The translations under genes and the position numbers were made by a program. From the NCBI GenBank assembly GCA_051879215.1, contig JBJELP010000267.1, positions 5,028-69,027 of the forward strand: a DNA stretch of 64,000 nucleotides, read 5' to 3'. How positions within the stretch are numbered: position 1 is the first letter of the stretch; the number at the start of each line of letters is the position of its first letter. A model generated the notes under the pieces. It worked only from the letters and a program-made list of their open reading frames with translations. It did not search any database and was not told the origin of the DNA. The DNA comes from Lachnospiraceae bacterium (GTDB taxonomy: Bacteria; Bacillota; Clostridia; Lachnospirales; Lachnospiraceae). This document shows positions 1-10,530 of the stretch, in pieces.

Positions 1-1222
1 TGGAATATCCAAGATTTTCATGGGTTTCATTTCTTCCGTAATACGTATAGCTGTTATTGTGATATGCCAGCGTGGTATATCCAAGACGCTGCATATCATT
101 ACCAATGGTCAGATACATATTATGATCAGATGTTTTCCGGATACTCTTAACACCATCGGTGGGAATCAGACCGGTTAATACGGAGTATTCGCCGGTGGAT
201 GTACTTCCGCCCCATGCAGGCTGATAGTAGTCCGAGAAATAAAAGCCGTTGTGAATCAGACGGTACAGAGTGGGGGTAAGTTCCGGACTGACTGCGTACT
301 GGCTGAAGCCTTCCGCACAGATCAGAATCAGATTTTTGCCTTTAAAAAGGCCGGTATATTCATTCTGTTTGGTACCCTGCTCGGTACTCAGCCACTGGTA
401 AAGACCCTGAAGATCGGACTTGTTTGTTTCCGATGCCAGTTTTTCAAAATCAATATCCATGGTATTGGGTTCCCATACCACAGGTGCTTCTGTTTCCTCT
501 GCAGAAGGACTTTCTGATGCCTCACCGGTATTGGGATCGGTATTCTCAAAAGAAGCTCCCGCATTTTTATTCTTTGCCTCCAGACGCATGGCGGGCATCA
601 GACCGAATGTACGAACGGCATTGTCAAACTGATAGTTTTCTTTATAGACCGGATCGCCCTTTGCCAGCAGATTGCCTCCCAGATAAAGAATCAGTGAGCA
701 GATCAGAACAAGAACAGGAAAATGCGGTCTCATCCGTTTATTGGTGATGATTGCTCTGCGGAAAATCCACACCAGTGCCACAGGAAGCAGATACAGGAGA
801 ATAATGTACCAGCCTTTTACAACTGTGATGACAACCGAACCGGCGAAATCACCTGCCACATCACCGGCTCCGGTCAATATGGATTCCAGTGTCATGTATA
901 CCTGAAATGCTTTTCCTACAAAAAACTCGGTACCGATCAGCAGTGCTTCTACGGCAAACACAATCACAGTATACCAGCTGCGGAACTTTCTGCCGGGCAG
1001 TACCAGATAAATAACCAGCTCCAGGCCGCCAAGGGCAATGGTAAACAGCAGGAACGTAAAGAAATTACCTGCCCCCGCTCCCCCTAAAAGTTTTAGAATC
1101 AATTCATCATAAAGCAATACCAGGGGAAACAGCAGACAGCTTGCCCACTGCAGGGTTTCGTTCCCTTTTTTCCCTCTGTTCCAGTTAATCTTATAATTTT
1201 TCCGATTACTCTTCATTTTCAT
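1..1222 (-). CDS. LTA-synthase / sulfatase-family membrane protein (phosphoglycerol-transferase-like); 3' end lies outside the window
   Basis: Own translation of the minus strand from ATG at 1222 (MKMKSNRKNYKINW...). Several hydrophobic N-terminal segments are followed by an extracytoplasmic domain with LILICAEGFS...YYQPAWGGSTSTGEYSVLTGL, typical of LtaS/sulfatase enzymes. The frame stays open to position 1, so it is absent from the ORF track. Confidence 0.65.
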   Translation of the reverse strand, partial: MKMKSNRKNYKINWNRGKKGNETLQWASCLLFPLVLLYDELILKLLGGAGAGNFFTFLLFTIALGGLELVIYLVLPGRKFRSWYTVIVFAVEALLIGTEFFVGKAFQVYMTLESILTGAGDVAGDFAGSVVITVVKGWYIILLYLLPVALVWIFRRAIITNKRMRPHFPVLVLICSLILYLGGNLLAKGDPVYKENYQFDNAVRTFGLMPAMRLEAKNKNAGASFENTDPNTGEASESPSAEETEAPVVWEPNTMDIDFEKLASETNKSDLQGLYQWLSTEQGTKQNEYTGLFKGKNLILICAEGFSQYAVSPELTPTLYRLIHNGFYFSDYYQPAWGGSTSTGEYSVLTGLIPTDGVKSIRKTSDHNMYLTIGNDMQRLGYTTLAYHNNSYTYYGRNETHENLGYS

Positions 1223-1465
1223 TTCTCCATATTTCTGACTTCTGTAACATGAAAACAACTGCACTGAAATCCGTACAGCTGTTGTCTATCTTATGAACAA
1301 TACCGAACCTTTCCGACTTGTCGGTGACAAAAGGATATATCCCATGATACAGGCTTTCCGGTCGGAAATCGCGTATAGTATAACATAACCTCATTCGGAT
1401 TGAAAGCTTTATCCATATGATTTTCCTGTAAACAAAATTAAGTTTTTATTAAGGAATATTTACTA

Positions 1466-2875
1466 TCATTCTTTTCTTTCAAGTTTTGCTATGCATTCCA
1501 CCCCGGTGGTATGGGGAAACATATCCACAGGCTGAACCTTTACAGTCTGATATCCGTGGGCATCCAGATACTGCAGGTCTCTGGCCAGTGTAGAAGAATT
1601 GCAGGACACATAGACGATCCGGTCCGGATTCATCTTTACCATTGTTTCCAGAACGATTTCCTCACAGCCTTTTCTGGGCGGGTCGGTAACGATTACATCT
1701 GCATGAATTCCGTCTTTCTGATATCGTTCCGGAAGTACCTCTTCTGCCTTACCCACATAAAATTCCGCATTGGAGATCTGATTGTTTGCCGCATTGATCC
1801 GGGCATTTTCAATGGCTGCGGGAACGATCTCCACCCCGTATACCTGTTTTGCCTGACGGGCAAGGAATAAGGAAATGGTACCGGTACCGCAATACAGATC
1901 CCACACGGTTTCCTGTCCGGTCAGTTCCGCAAATTCCAGAGCCTTTCCATACAGAACTTCTGTCTGCAGAGGATTGACCTGGAAGAAGGACTGGGCTGAT
2001 ATCCGATAGGATATCGATCCGATCCGGTCCGTAATGTAGTCCGGTCCATAGAGGGAAACCATGGTGCTTCCCAGAATCACATTGGTTCTGGATGAATTGA
2101 TATTGAGACAGATACTGGTCATTCCATCCACCTGACAAAGCATCCGGATCAGAGCATCCACTGCGGCAGCAGATCTTTGTTTTTTGCTGTTTACAACCAG
2201 ACACACCATGATTTCTCCGGTATGGTGACCGCTTCGGATCATGATGTGGCGCAGGTACCCCTGTCCGGTGGTTTCATTGTATGCCGGAATCCGATATGTT
2301 ATCATCCAGTTTCGAATGATTTCAATGATTTCTTCATTGACCGGCTGTCCGATGTGGCAGACCGGTGTTTCAATGATGGAATGGGTTCTGCCTGCGTAGA
2401 ATCCGATACAGATCTGTCCATCCTTTCCCTCTCTTACAGGATACTGTGCTTTATTCCGGTAATTCCAGGGACCCTGACCGGATTCCGACTTCATCCCGAT
2501 AGTGTCAAGAACCGGTACATCCGGCAGATGGCCCAGCCGGCTCATATGGGCTTTTACTTTATCGGTTTTGAATTTTAACTGGGCAGCATACTCCATGGCC
2601 TGAATCTGACATCCTCCGCAGGGAGCTGCTGCAGGACATCTGGGTTCTGTGCGCTGGGCGGATGCTTTGCGAAGTTCCAACATCCGTGCAAACCCATATC
2701 CTTTTTTTACTGCAGTCACTTTTGCCAGTACTTCATCTCCCGGCAATGTATCTTTAATAAACAGGGTAAAGCTGTCGGCTTTGCCGATTCCTTCGCCCTC
2801 TTCACTGATATCTGTAATGGAAACCAGCACCTGGTCATTTTTCTGAACAGGTGCTGTGATTGTTTTTTTACTCAT
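1466..2875 (-). CDS. rlmD: 23S rRNA (uracil-5-)-methyltransferase, RlmD/RumA family (TRAM + Fe-S + SAM-MTase)
   Basis: ORF 1466..3079 trimmed to the internal ATG at 2875 (MSKKTITAPVQ...), because the upstream extension would overlap the neighbouring gene. It has a TRAM-like N-terminus, a Cys cluster CPAAAPCGGCQIQ, a SAM motif DLYCGTGTISL and DPPRKG. Confidence 0.85.
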   Translation of the reverse strand: MSKKTITAPVQKNDQVLVSITDISEEGEGIGKADSFTLFIKDTLPGDEVLAKVTAVKKGYGFARMLELRKASAQRTEPRCPAAAPCGGCQIQAMEYAAQLKFKTDKVKAHMSRLGHLPDVPVLDTIGMKSESGQGPWNYRNKAQYPVREGKDGQICIGFYAGRTHSIIETPVCHIGQPVNEEIIEIIRNWMITYRIPAYNETTGQGYLRHIMIRSGHHTGEIMVCLVVNSKKQRSAAAVDALIRMLCQVDGMTSICLNINSSRTNVILGSTMVSLYGPDYITDRIGSISYRISAQSFFQVNPLQTEVLYGKALEFAELTGQETVWDLYCGTGTISLFLARQAKQVYGVEIVPAAIENARINAANNQISNAEFYVGKAEEVLPERYQKDGIHADVIVTDPPRKGCEEIVLETMVKMNPDRIVYVSCNSSTLARDLQYLDAHGYQTVKVQPVDMFPHTTGVECIAKLERKE

Positions 2876-2951
2876 ATAAACTGATTCTCCCTGTCTCTGT
2901 ATCCATCTCACTTCCCAGAACCGCTTCCGGTCATGGGCATATTTCCGAAAT

Positions 2952-3896
2952 TTACAGAGGCGTTGTACGTTTGAAATTACTCTCCAGAAGTCTGTTGTAT
3001 CCCAGCCATTCGCTGTCGCAGTTGTTGTTCTCCAGCATCTCACGCATGGTCTCCAGTTTTGCATCAGTATTGTCTGCAAAATTCAGAGCTGCTGCTTCAA
3101 TCATGGCCGGTTTCTTCGGGGATCCGTATTCCAGCTCGCCGTGATGGGCCAGAATACAATGGCGCAGTTCATTGGCTGTTTTAACCGGAAACGCAGGAAT
3201 TTTACGGATATGTTCGCCCACCATCTCTGCTCCGATCACAATATGGCCCAGAAGCTGGCCGTCCTCTGTATAATCATTCTCCGGAAATGCAGATAATTCT
3301 CTGGTTTTTCCGATATCATGAAGCATGGCTGCAGTCAGCAGCAGATCCCGGTTGAGAACCGGATATTGTCTGCAGTAGAAATCACACAGTCTGGTCACAC
3401 CCAGGGTATGTTCCAGAAGTCCTCCCACAAAGCTGTGATGTACGCTTTTGGCAGCAGAGTGCTGACTGAATGTTCGGGCCAGTTCCTTATCCTCCACAAA
3501 AAAGCTTCGCAGCAGGGTACGCATCTTCGGATTGCCGATGCTGTCCACGAATCCCAGAAGCTCTTTGTACATTTCATTGACAGAGAAACGGCTGCAGGGC
3601 AGATAGTCCTGCGGATTGTACTCTCTTTCATCCGCAATGCGCACTCTTCTGACATTCAGCTGAAGGCTGCCCTGAAAGCTGGTAACCTCTCCTTCAATCT
3701 GGATATAGTCCATGGCTTCAAAATGATTGATTCCATTGCTCAGATCCCATATTTTGGCATCAATTGTGCCTGTTTTGTCCTGAAGGATCAGTGAAAAATA
3801 GTTTTTTCCGGTTTTGGACCGGAGTGCCTGTTTCTGTTTGCAGAGATATATATCATTGGTACGATCTCCTTCACGCAGATTTCCGATAAATTTCAT
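2952..3896 (-). CDS. yhaM: OB-fold + HD-domain 3'-5' exoribonuclease, YhaM-like
   Basis: 314 aa. N-terminal OB fold (YFSLILQDKTGTIDAKIWD) and HD domain (HHSFVGGLLEHT...LHDIGK...HHG). Confidence 0.8.
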   Translation of the reverse strand: MKFIGNLREGDRTNDIYLCKQKQALRSKTGKNYFSLILQDKTGTIDAKIWDLSNGINHFEAMDYIQIEGEVTSFQGSLQLNVRRVRIADEREYNPQDYLPCSRFSVNEMYKELLGFVDSIGNPKMRTLLRSFFVEDKELARTFSQHSAAKSVHHSFVGGLLEHTLGVTRLCDFYCRQYPVLNRDLLLTAAMLHDIGKTRELSAFPENDYTEDGQLLGHIVIGAEMVGEHIRKIPAFPVKTANELRHCILAHHGELEYGSPKKPAMIEAAALNFADNTDAKLETMREMLENNNCDSEWLGYNRLLESNFKRTTPL

Positions 3897-3932
3897 AATA
3901 TGTCGCAGCCATTGGCTGCTTCCTCCCTTCTA

Positions 3933-5246
3933 TCAGCCCTGACGGACTGCCGGAGTTATCTTTAACTCCATTTTTATATATGCACCTTTACTGTATCGGT
4001 ATACACTGATTGAAATCGGACGGTCCGGCAGAAGCTTTGTCAGCTTCTTTTCATAATCTTCCATGGTCAGGATAGAATCTCCGTCCAACTGATAAAGAAT
4101 ATCACCTTCCTGCAGACCGCCGGTATAAGCCGGACTGTCTTTCCTCACATCCAGAATATAGATTCCTTCCGGCATGCCCGCAGAACTGCGGATTTCCTCT
4201 TCTATATCCTGTCCGCTGATTCCAAGTCCTGCCGTTGTTTTTCCTTCATAGATCCGGCTGATTGCAGGATACATATCTTCAATACTGTATGCGATGGAAT
4301 AGCTGCTGTTCAGACTTGTATCAGTCTGGGCGTGATCCGAATAGATCCCCAGAAGATTCCCATCCGTACCAATGAGGAAACTGCAGCCGGATGCACTCAC
4401 CGGAATGGAACACTGGATTCCCCGGATTGTGGTATCCGTAAGGGAAATCTGATCAACGATACAGGAAATAAATCCCACATTGACCGAGCCGATTCTTCCG
4501 CTGGGACTGCCTGCGGCCATAACCGGGTTTCCCGGTTTCAGACTGGCAGTACTTCCCATCAGAATCACCTGAATCTGCTCCGGATGAACCACTGATTTTT
4601 TTTCCATTGCAAGTACTGCCGCATTGTAAGCCGTATCATATCCCTGCAGTCGGGATTCCACCCATTCACCACCCGGAAGCCGGCAGCGGATAGAATCTGC
4701 ACCCAGGATGCCGCTGCATCCGGTCAGAATATAGTACTGATCATCTGTATTTCTGATAATGATTCCTGACTGTGTCATCTCGCTGTCATAACTGGTTGAA
4801 AACCAGTCCATATCTTTTCTTACCGCTTCCACCAGAACCAGTGACTTTTCCAGAGAATCTGCCACGGACTGCACCGTTTCAGACAGGGTCTGTTTCTTTT
4901 CCTGTGTTTTTTTATCAATCTGCCGGGAAATAAATTCCTCCAGTTCTTTCTGGCTCTGCGGCAGTTCCGAATGTACATCCTCTTCTATGGTTTCCGCTTC
5001 TGTCTCTTCGGGAAGTTTTACCGTTTTTTCATTCTGCGGCCTGAAAACCGATGAAAAAACAGCAAAAACAACAGCTGCCGTCAGTCCGAAGACCAGACCG
5101 CCTGCAGCCGGTTTACAAAGATAATTTATGATTTCAGATCGGATATTTTTCCTGGTTACGATCTTTTCCCGGATAAAATCCGGCTGTTCCAAACCTCCGT
5201 AATCCGCATCTGACCGGTTTTCCTTTGCATCGTTTTTCATGTCCAT
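3933..5246 (-). CDS. Membrane-anchored HtrA-like (S1C trypsin fold) + PDZ protein, with an apparently degenerate catalytic triad
   Basis: One TM segment (GGLVFGLTAAVVFAVFSSVF), a trypsin-like core and a C-terminal PDZ (GIYILDVRKDSPAYTGGLQEGDILYQLDG). ATG at 5246 sits 7 nt after GGTGAGG. See the finding on the triad. Confidence 0.6.
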   Translation of the reverse strand: MDMKNDAKENRSDADYGGLEQPDFIREKIVTRKNIRSEIINYLCKPAAGGLVFGLTAAVVFAVFSSVFRPQNEKTVKLPEETEAETIEEDVHSELPQSQKELEEFISRQIDKKTQEKKQTLSETVQSVADSLEKSLVLVEAVRKDMDWFSTSYDSEMTQSGIIIRNTDDQYYILTGCSGILGADSIRCRLPGGEWVESRLQGYDTAYNAAVLAMEKKSVVHPEQIQVILMGSTASLKPGNPVMAAGSPSGRIGSVNVGFISCIVDQISLTDTTIRGIQCSIPVSASGCSFLIGTDGNLLGIYSDHAQTDTSLNSSYSIAYSIEDMYPAISRIYEGKTTAGLGISGQDIEEEIRSSAGMPEGIYILDVRKDSPAYTGGLQEGDILYQLDGDSILTMEDYEKKLTKLLPDRPISISVYRYSKGAYIKMELKITPAVRQG

Positions 5247-5407
5247 CAACCTGCCTCACCACAAAATCCTTTCTGCCATTATAAATTATAACGCTTCCAA
5301 TGTGAAGCGATTTTCTCAGATATTTTCACTCAGTTGCAGGAATCCGGCGGCTGTGCTACAATGATAGCTGTGAAATTATCTGTTTTTTGAACTTATCGGA
5401 GATTAAT

Positions 5408-7816
5408 ATGAATAAAAAAGCGCTGAAAACATTAGAATATGACAAAATTCTGGAGCGTCTTGCCCGCTACGCATCCACTCCCCTCGGGGAAGAAACCTGC
5501 CGCAGCCTGGAACCCATGGATGATATTTCCATGATACGTCTGGCCGTACAGGAAACAACGGATGCCGCTGACCGCATCCGCAGACATGGTCCGGTTTCCT
5601 TCAGCGGGGTAAAAGATATCACCGCTTCCATCAAACGGCTGGAAATCGGCTCCAATCTGGGAATCAGTGAACTGCTGGCTGTCAGCAGCCTGCTTTCCGC
5701 AGCTTCCAGAGCCAGAAACTACGGCCGGGAGGAGGAAGAAACACCCGATGATTCCCTGACCTGCTATTTTGAAGCACTGGACCCCCTGACCCAGCTGCAT
5801 AAAGAAATTACCCGCTGCATTAAATCGGAAGAAGAAATTGATGATCATGCCAGTCCTGCACTGCATCAGATCCGCCGTTCCATGGGCGGAATCAATGCCC
5901 GTATTCATGCCCAGCTGAATTCCCTCCTGGCCGCACATAAAAACGAACTGCAGGATGCTGTTGTCACCATGCGCAACGGTCGTTACTGTCTTCCCGTAAA
6001 GGCTGAAAATAAAAACCAGATTTCCGGTATGGTACAGGATCAGTCCTCCACCGGATCCACTTATTTCATTGAACCCATGGCGGTGATCAAACTGAACAAT
6101 GAAATGCGGGAACTGGAAATCCGGGAGCAGAAGGAGATTGAAATCATTCTGGCATCCCTCAGCAGTCAGACCGCTCCCTATACAGACATCCTGATGGAAA
6201 ATCTGAAAGCACTGTCCCATCTGGATTTCGTATTTGCAAAAGCACTGTATTCTGCCAGCTACAAGGGATCCTGTCCTGTTTTCAATACAAAAGGGATCAT
6301 CCATATCCGGGACGGACGCCACCCTCTTCTGGATCCGGCAAAGGTTGTGCCCACCACCATTCGCCTGGGAAAGGATTTTACCCTGCTGATCATCACAGGA
6401 CCCAATACCGGCGGTAAAACCGTATCACTGAAGACCACGGGACTTCTGCAGATGATGGGACAGTCCGGTCTGCATATCCCTGCCTTTGAGGGTTCCGAAC
6501 TGGCTGTTTTTGAGGAAATTTATGCGGACATCGGTGATGAGCAGAGTATTGAGCAAAGCCTCAGTACCTTCTCCGCCCATATGACCAACATTGTACCCAT
6601 TCTTGAGAAGGCAGATATACGCTCTCTGGTACTTTTTGATGAACTGGGAGCAGGCACTGATCCGGTGGAAGGTGCCGCACTGGCTATGTCCATTCTGAAT
6701 TTTCTTCATAACATGCAGGTACGTACCATGGCAACCACCCACTACAGTGAACTGAAGGTTTATGCCCTTTCCACCGATGGAGTGGAAAATGCATCCTGTG
6801 AATTTGATGTGGATACCCTGTCCCCCACCTACCGTCTGCTGATCGGTATTCCCGGCAAAAGCAATGCCTTTGCCATCTCCAGAAAACTGGGGCTGGAAGA
6901 ACACATCATCGAAACGGCAGGCTCTTACATCGGCAAGCAGGATAAAGCCTTCGAAGATGTCATTGCCGATCTGGAACATTCCCGTCAGGAAATGGAAAAA
7001 GACAAGGCTGAAATCGAACGGCTGAAACGGGATGCTGCCATTCTGAAACGCCGTGTGGAGGAACAGAAAAAACAGCTGGAAGAACGTCGTGAAAAGCTGA
7101 TCAATCAGGCCAATGAAGAAGCCCAGCAGATTCTCCGTTCTGCAAAGACAACAGCCGACCAGACCATCCGCCGGATCAACAAACTGGGGCAGCAGGGCGG
7201 TGATAATATGCAGGAGCTGGAAAAAGAGCGGGCAAAGCTGCGTAATCAGCTGGATAAAAATGAAAAGAAAAAACAGAAACGGCTTTATGCATCAGCCAAA
7301 ACCGCCCGTGCAGAAGATATTAAGATCGGAGACTCCATCCGGGTGATTTCCCTCAATATGAAAGGTACAGTAACCTCTCTCCCCAATGCCAAAGGGGATC
7401 TGCAGGTTCAGATGGGTATCATGAATTCCCAGGTTAATATCCGTGACGTGGAACTTCTGAATGAAAATACCATGTCCGGTCCCGACGGTCAGGCCATCCT
7501 GTCCAGCCGGAAAACAGGAAAAGGTACCCATGCCAGCCAGATCAAGATGAACAAATCCATGAATGTCAGCACTGAAATCAATCTGATCGGTATGAACGCT
7601 GATGAGGCTATTTCCACTCTGGACAAATATCTGGATGATGCCTATCTGGCCCATCTTCCCCAGGTCCGCGTCGTTCATGGGCGCGGTACCGGAACGTTAA
7701 AAAATGCGGTTCACAATCATCTGAAACGGCTTCGCTACGTCAAGAGTTACCGTCTCGGAACTTTCGGAGAAGGCAATACCGGTGTAACCATTGTTACCTT
7801 TGATACGGCTCAGTAA
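5408..7816 (+). CDS. mutS2: Endonuclease MutS2 (MutS domain V ATPase + C-terminal Smr)
   Basis: Walker A GPNTGGKT, DELGAGTDP, a long coiled coil and a C-terminal Smr domain (VHGRGTGTLK). ATG at 5408 sits 7 nt after GGAG; the TTG at 5387 in the ORF track is less likely. Confidence 0.92.
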   Translation: MNKKALKTLEYDKILERLARYASTPLGEETCRSLEPMDDISMIRLAVQETTDAADRIRRHGPVSFSGVKDITASIKRLEIGSNLGISELLAVSSLLSAASRARNYGREEEETPDDSLTCYFEALDPLTQLHKEITRCIKSEEEIDDHASPALHQIRRSMGGINARIHAQLNSLLAAHKNELQDAVVTMRNGRYCLPVKAENKNQISGMVQDQSSTGSTYFIEPMAVIKLNNEMRELEIREQKEIEIILASLSSQTAPYTDILMENLKALSHLDFVFAKALYSASYKGSCPVFNTKGIIHIRDGRHPLLDPAKVVPTTIRLGKDFTLLIITGPNTGGKTVSLKTTGLLQMMGQSGLHIPAFEGSELAVFEEIYADIGDEQSIEQSLSTFSAHMTNIVPILEKADIRSLVLFDELGAGTDPVEGAALAMSILNFLHNMQVRTMATTHYSELKVYALSTDGVENASCEFDVDTLSPTYRLLIGIPGKSNAFAISRKLGLEEHIIETAGSYIGKQDKAFEDVIADLEHSRQEMEKDKAEIERLKRDAAILKRRVEEQKKQLEERREKLINQANEEAQQILRSAKTTADQTIRRINKLGQQGGDNMQELEKERAKLRNQLDKNEKKKQKRLYASAKTARAEDIKIGDSIRVISLNMKGTVTSLPNAKGDLQVQMGIMNSQVNIRDVELLNENTMSGPDGQAILSSRKTGKGTHASQIKMNKSMNVSTEINLIGMNADEAISTLDKYLDDAYLAHLPQVRVVHGRGTGTLKNAVHNHLKRLRYVKSYRLGTFGEGNTGVTIVTFDTAQ

Positions 7817-7893
7817 CAGCCGCTGTATTGCAGTTGCTTTTGCTGTACCGTAATCATGAATGACCTGAAAATGATATCAGGAAGGAGAAAACT

Positions 7894-8607
7894 ATGCCGA
7901 AACAGAAAATCCTCATTGTCGATGATGATGAAATGATCAGTGAACTGATTGCTCTCTATCTGGCGAAGGAAATGTTTGAAACACGTATTGTGGGAGACGG
8001 TCTGGAAGCACTGACTGTATTCGAAGAATTTCAGCCCAATCTGATTCTTCTGGATCTGATGCTTCCCGGTATTGACGGATATGAGGTCTGCAGAGAAATC
8101 CGTAAGACCTCCAATACACCAATCATCATGCTTTCTGCCAAAGGAGAGGTATTTGACAAGGTGCTTGGTCTGGAGCTGGGGGCTGATGACTATATCATCA
8201 AACCCTTTGATTCCAAAGAACTGGTTGCCAGAGTAAAAGCTCTGCTGCGCCGGGCATCTGCCTTTTCTGCCCAGCCTTCCATCCCGATCCCGGAACAGCC
8301 GACAGCCCAGTATGTATCTTATCCGGATCTGATTGTGAATCTGACAAACTATTCAGTCACATTGAAAAACAAGCGTCTGGACATGCCGCCGAAGGAACTG
8401 GAACTGCTTTATTTTCTTGCCAAATCTCCCAATCAGGTTTTTACCAGAGACCAGCTTCTGGACCATATCTGGGGATATGAATATCAGGGAGATACCCGTA
8501 CCGTTGACGTGCATGTAAAAAGAATCCGTGAGAAAATCGGTGAAAACCCTTTCTGGAAACTGGCCACCGTTCATCGGATCGGATATAAATTTGAAGTAAT
8601 GTCATGA
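7894..8607 (+). CDS. OmpR-family response regulator (WalR/YycF-like)
   Basis: Receiver domain (ILIVDDD...LLDLMLPGIDG...KPF) plus a winged-helix output domain (RTVDVHVKRIREK). RBS GGAAGGAG. Confidence 0.9.
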   Translation: MPKQKILIVDDDEMISELIALYLAKEMFETRIVGDGLEALTVFEEFQPNLILLDLMLPGIDGYEVCREIRKTSNTPIIMLSAKGEVFDKVLGLELGADDYIIKPFDSKELVARVKALLRRASAFSAQPSIPIPEQPTAQYVSYPDLIVNLTNYSVTLKNKRLDMPPKELELLYFLAKSPNQVFTRDQLLDHIWGYEYQGDTRTVDVHVKRIREKIGENPFWKLATVHRIGYKFEVMS

Positions 8608-10022
8608 AGAAAAAACTGAATATGAAAATACTGGTCGGTTTTCTGATCTTTGGTCTGGCCGCCTTTATTCTGATTTCCACCTATGCTTCCGGCCTGGTTC
8701 TGACAGTTCTGTGCCGGATCCATGCTGAAAAACTCTATGAACAGGCTGAAAACCTGGCTGCTGAATGCGTCAGTTCCTATAACGGCAATATGTACCCTCT
8801 GTCAGACAGACAGGAAGAGTACAATGGGATTGCCAAAGGCATAAACGGTATGATCTGGATTGCCGACAGCGACGGAAATATCATCTATGACAGTTCTGAT
8901 CGATATACCGGAAAGATGATTTCTGATTTTTCTCCTGCCTCTTTCGGCAGCGGCAGTAAAAAAATCCCCCGGTATGCAGAAATCGGTCGTTTTTACAATA
9001 TGTTGGAAGCCCGGCAGTTATCTGTTATGGCTTCCATTCATGTTAAATACAGAACCAGAGGATACGTTATCATACATCTTCCCATGTCCATTGTGGAAAC
9101 GGATCAGTATCAGATCCTGAATCTGATGTATCTCAGCGGCGGTATTGTCTTCCTGCTGTCCTTTTTCCTGCTGTTTCTGTTCCAGAGGTATGTTTACCGC
9201 CCTCTGAAGGAAATCATTCATGCGGCAGATGAATATGCTGACGGCAATCTGAAGTATCGCTGCCCGGTTGTCAGCAATGATGAGATCGGATATCTGTCTG
9301 CAACACTGAACTATATGGCCTCAGAACTGAACAACGCGGAAGAATACCAGCGGAAATTCATTTCCAATGTTTCCCATGATTTTCGTTCCCCGTTAACTTC
9401 CATCCGGGGCTATCTGATTGCCATACTGGATGGAACCATACCGCCTGAACTGTACGAAAAATACCTGAATATTGTCATCCGTGAAACCGACCGGCTGAAC
9501 AAACTGACTGAAGGATTGCTGACCCTCAATCAGCTGGATGGTGAAAACCGTTCTTCACTGAATCTGGTGTCTTTTGATATCAATCAGGCGATTAAGGATA
9601 CCTGTACTTCCTTTGAAGGACGATGCAGAAATAAAAATATCACATTTAATCTAACATTTTCAGCAAAAACCATGGGAGTCCGTGCAGACTTCGGCAAAAT
9701 CCAGCAGGTATTATACAACCTGATCGACAATGCCATCAAATTTTCCGGTAATGATACGACCATTGATCTGGAAACCTACGATCGTCATGGAAAGGTGTTT
9801 GTTTCCGTCAAGGACCACGGCTGCGGGATTCCCATCGAAAACCAGAAAAAAATCTTTGAACGGTTTTACAAAGCAGACAATTCCAGAGGAAAGGACCGGC
9901 AGGGAACCGGTCTCGGTCTGGCAATTACCCGGGAGATCATCCTTGCCCATCAGCAGACCATTGACGTAATCAGCACCCCCGGTGTCGGAACCGAATTTAT
10001 TTTCACACTGGCGAAAGCATAA
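8604..10022 (+). CDS. Sensor histidine kinase (two TM, HAMP, HisKA, HATPase_c)
   Basis: H-box SNVSHDFRSPLTSI, N-box LIDNAIKF, G-boxes DHGCGIP and GTGLGLAI. ATGA start/stop overlap with the regulator gene. Confidence 0.9.
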   Translation: MKKKLNMKILVGFLIFGLAAFILISTYASGLVLTVLCRIHAEKLYEQAENLAAECVSSYNGNMYPLSDRQEEYNGIAKGINGMIWIADSDGNIIYDSSDRYTGKMISDFSPASFGSGSKKIPRYAEIGRFYNMLEARQLSVMASIHVKYRTRGYVIIHLPMSIVETDQYQILNLMYLSGGIVFLLSFFLLFLFQRYVYRPLKEIIHAADEYADGNLKYRCPVVSNDEIGYLSATLNYMASELNNAEEYQRKFISNVSHDFRSPLTSIRGYLIAILDGTIPPELYEKYLNIVIRETDRLNKLTEGLLTLNQLDGENRSSLNLVSFDINQAIKDTCTSFEGRCRNKNITFNLTFSAKTMGVRADFGKIQQVLYNLIDNAIKFSGNDTTIDLETYDRHGKVFVSVKDHGCGIPIENQKKIFERFYKADNSRGKDRQGTGLGLAITREIILAHQQTIDVISTPGVGTEFIFTLAKA

Positions 10023-10032
10023 TGGTTCTGTT

Positions 10033-10530
10033 TTATTTACTCCAGTGCAGTCTGTGAAGATTGCCGTCATGCTGCATACCTGCAAAATTCTGCTGGCGCA
10101 GCGCTTCGTATAAAACAATCGATGCAGAATTGGAAAGATTCAGGGAACGGATATCCGGATTCATGGGAATCCGGATGGCTGTTTCCTCATAATGAACCAG
10201 AATTTCTTCCGGAATGCCGGCACTTTCTTTTCCAAACATTATATAATCATCCGGACCATAACTGACCTCGGTATAAAGCTTTCTTGCCTTGGTGGTTGCC
10301 ATAAAAATATGGGCTCCCGGATTCTTCTCCAGAAACTCCTCAAAATTTTTATATATGGTCACATCCAGATTCGGCCAGTAATCCAGTCCTGCCCGTTTCA
10401 GTGTTTTATCATTGATCTGAAACCCAAGGGGCTCAATCAGATGCAGTCTTGTCCCGGTGGCAACACAGGTTCTTCCGATGGTTCCTGTATTTCCCGGAAT
10501 TTCAGGCTCATGAAGTACAATATTCAACAT
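10033..10530 (-). CDS. trmL: tRNA (cytidine/uridine-34 2'-O)-methyltransferase, SpoU/TrmL family
   Basis: 165 aa. MLNIVLHEPEIPGNTGTIGRTC...LHLIEPLGF...SLNLSNSASIVLYEA is the typical TrmL layout. Confidence 0.85.
   Translation of the reverse strand: MLNIVLHEPEIPGNTGTIGRTCVATGTRLHLIEPLGFQINDKTLKRAGLDYWPNLDVTIYKNFEEFLEKNPGAHIFMATTKARKLYTEVSYGPDDYIMFGKESAGIPEEILVHYEETAIRIPMNPDIRSLNLSNSASIVLYEALRQQNFAGMQHDGNLHRLHWSK

Noticed and set aside
1223-1465. Hairpin-rich 240-nt leader upstream of the LtaS-like gene, as a possible riboswitch or attenuator.
   Set aside because: It contains only short stems, and I recognised no conserved riboswitch core. This is insufficient evidence without a covariance-model scan.
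5432-6322. 296-aa minus-strand ORF inside mutS2. The same kind of long antisense ORF occurs at 15956-16939, 18362-19531, 20959-21786, 23374-24321, 33699-34325, 59942-61039 and 61235-61918.
   Set aside because: Each lies entirely antisense to a gene with strong family motifs. They have odd, low-complexity composition (rich in Cys, His, Phe, Gln and Ile) and no visible RBS. They are shadow ORFs.
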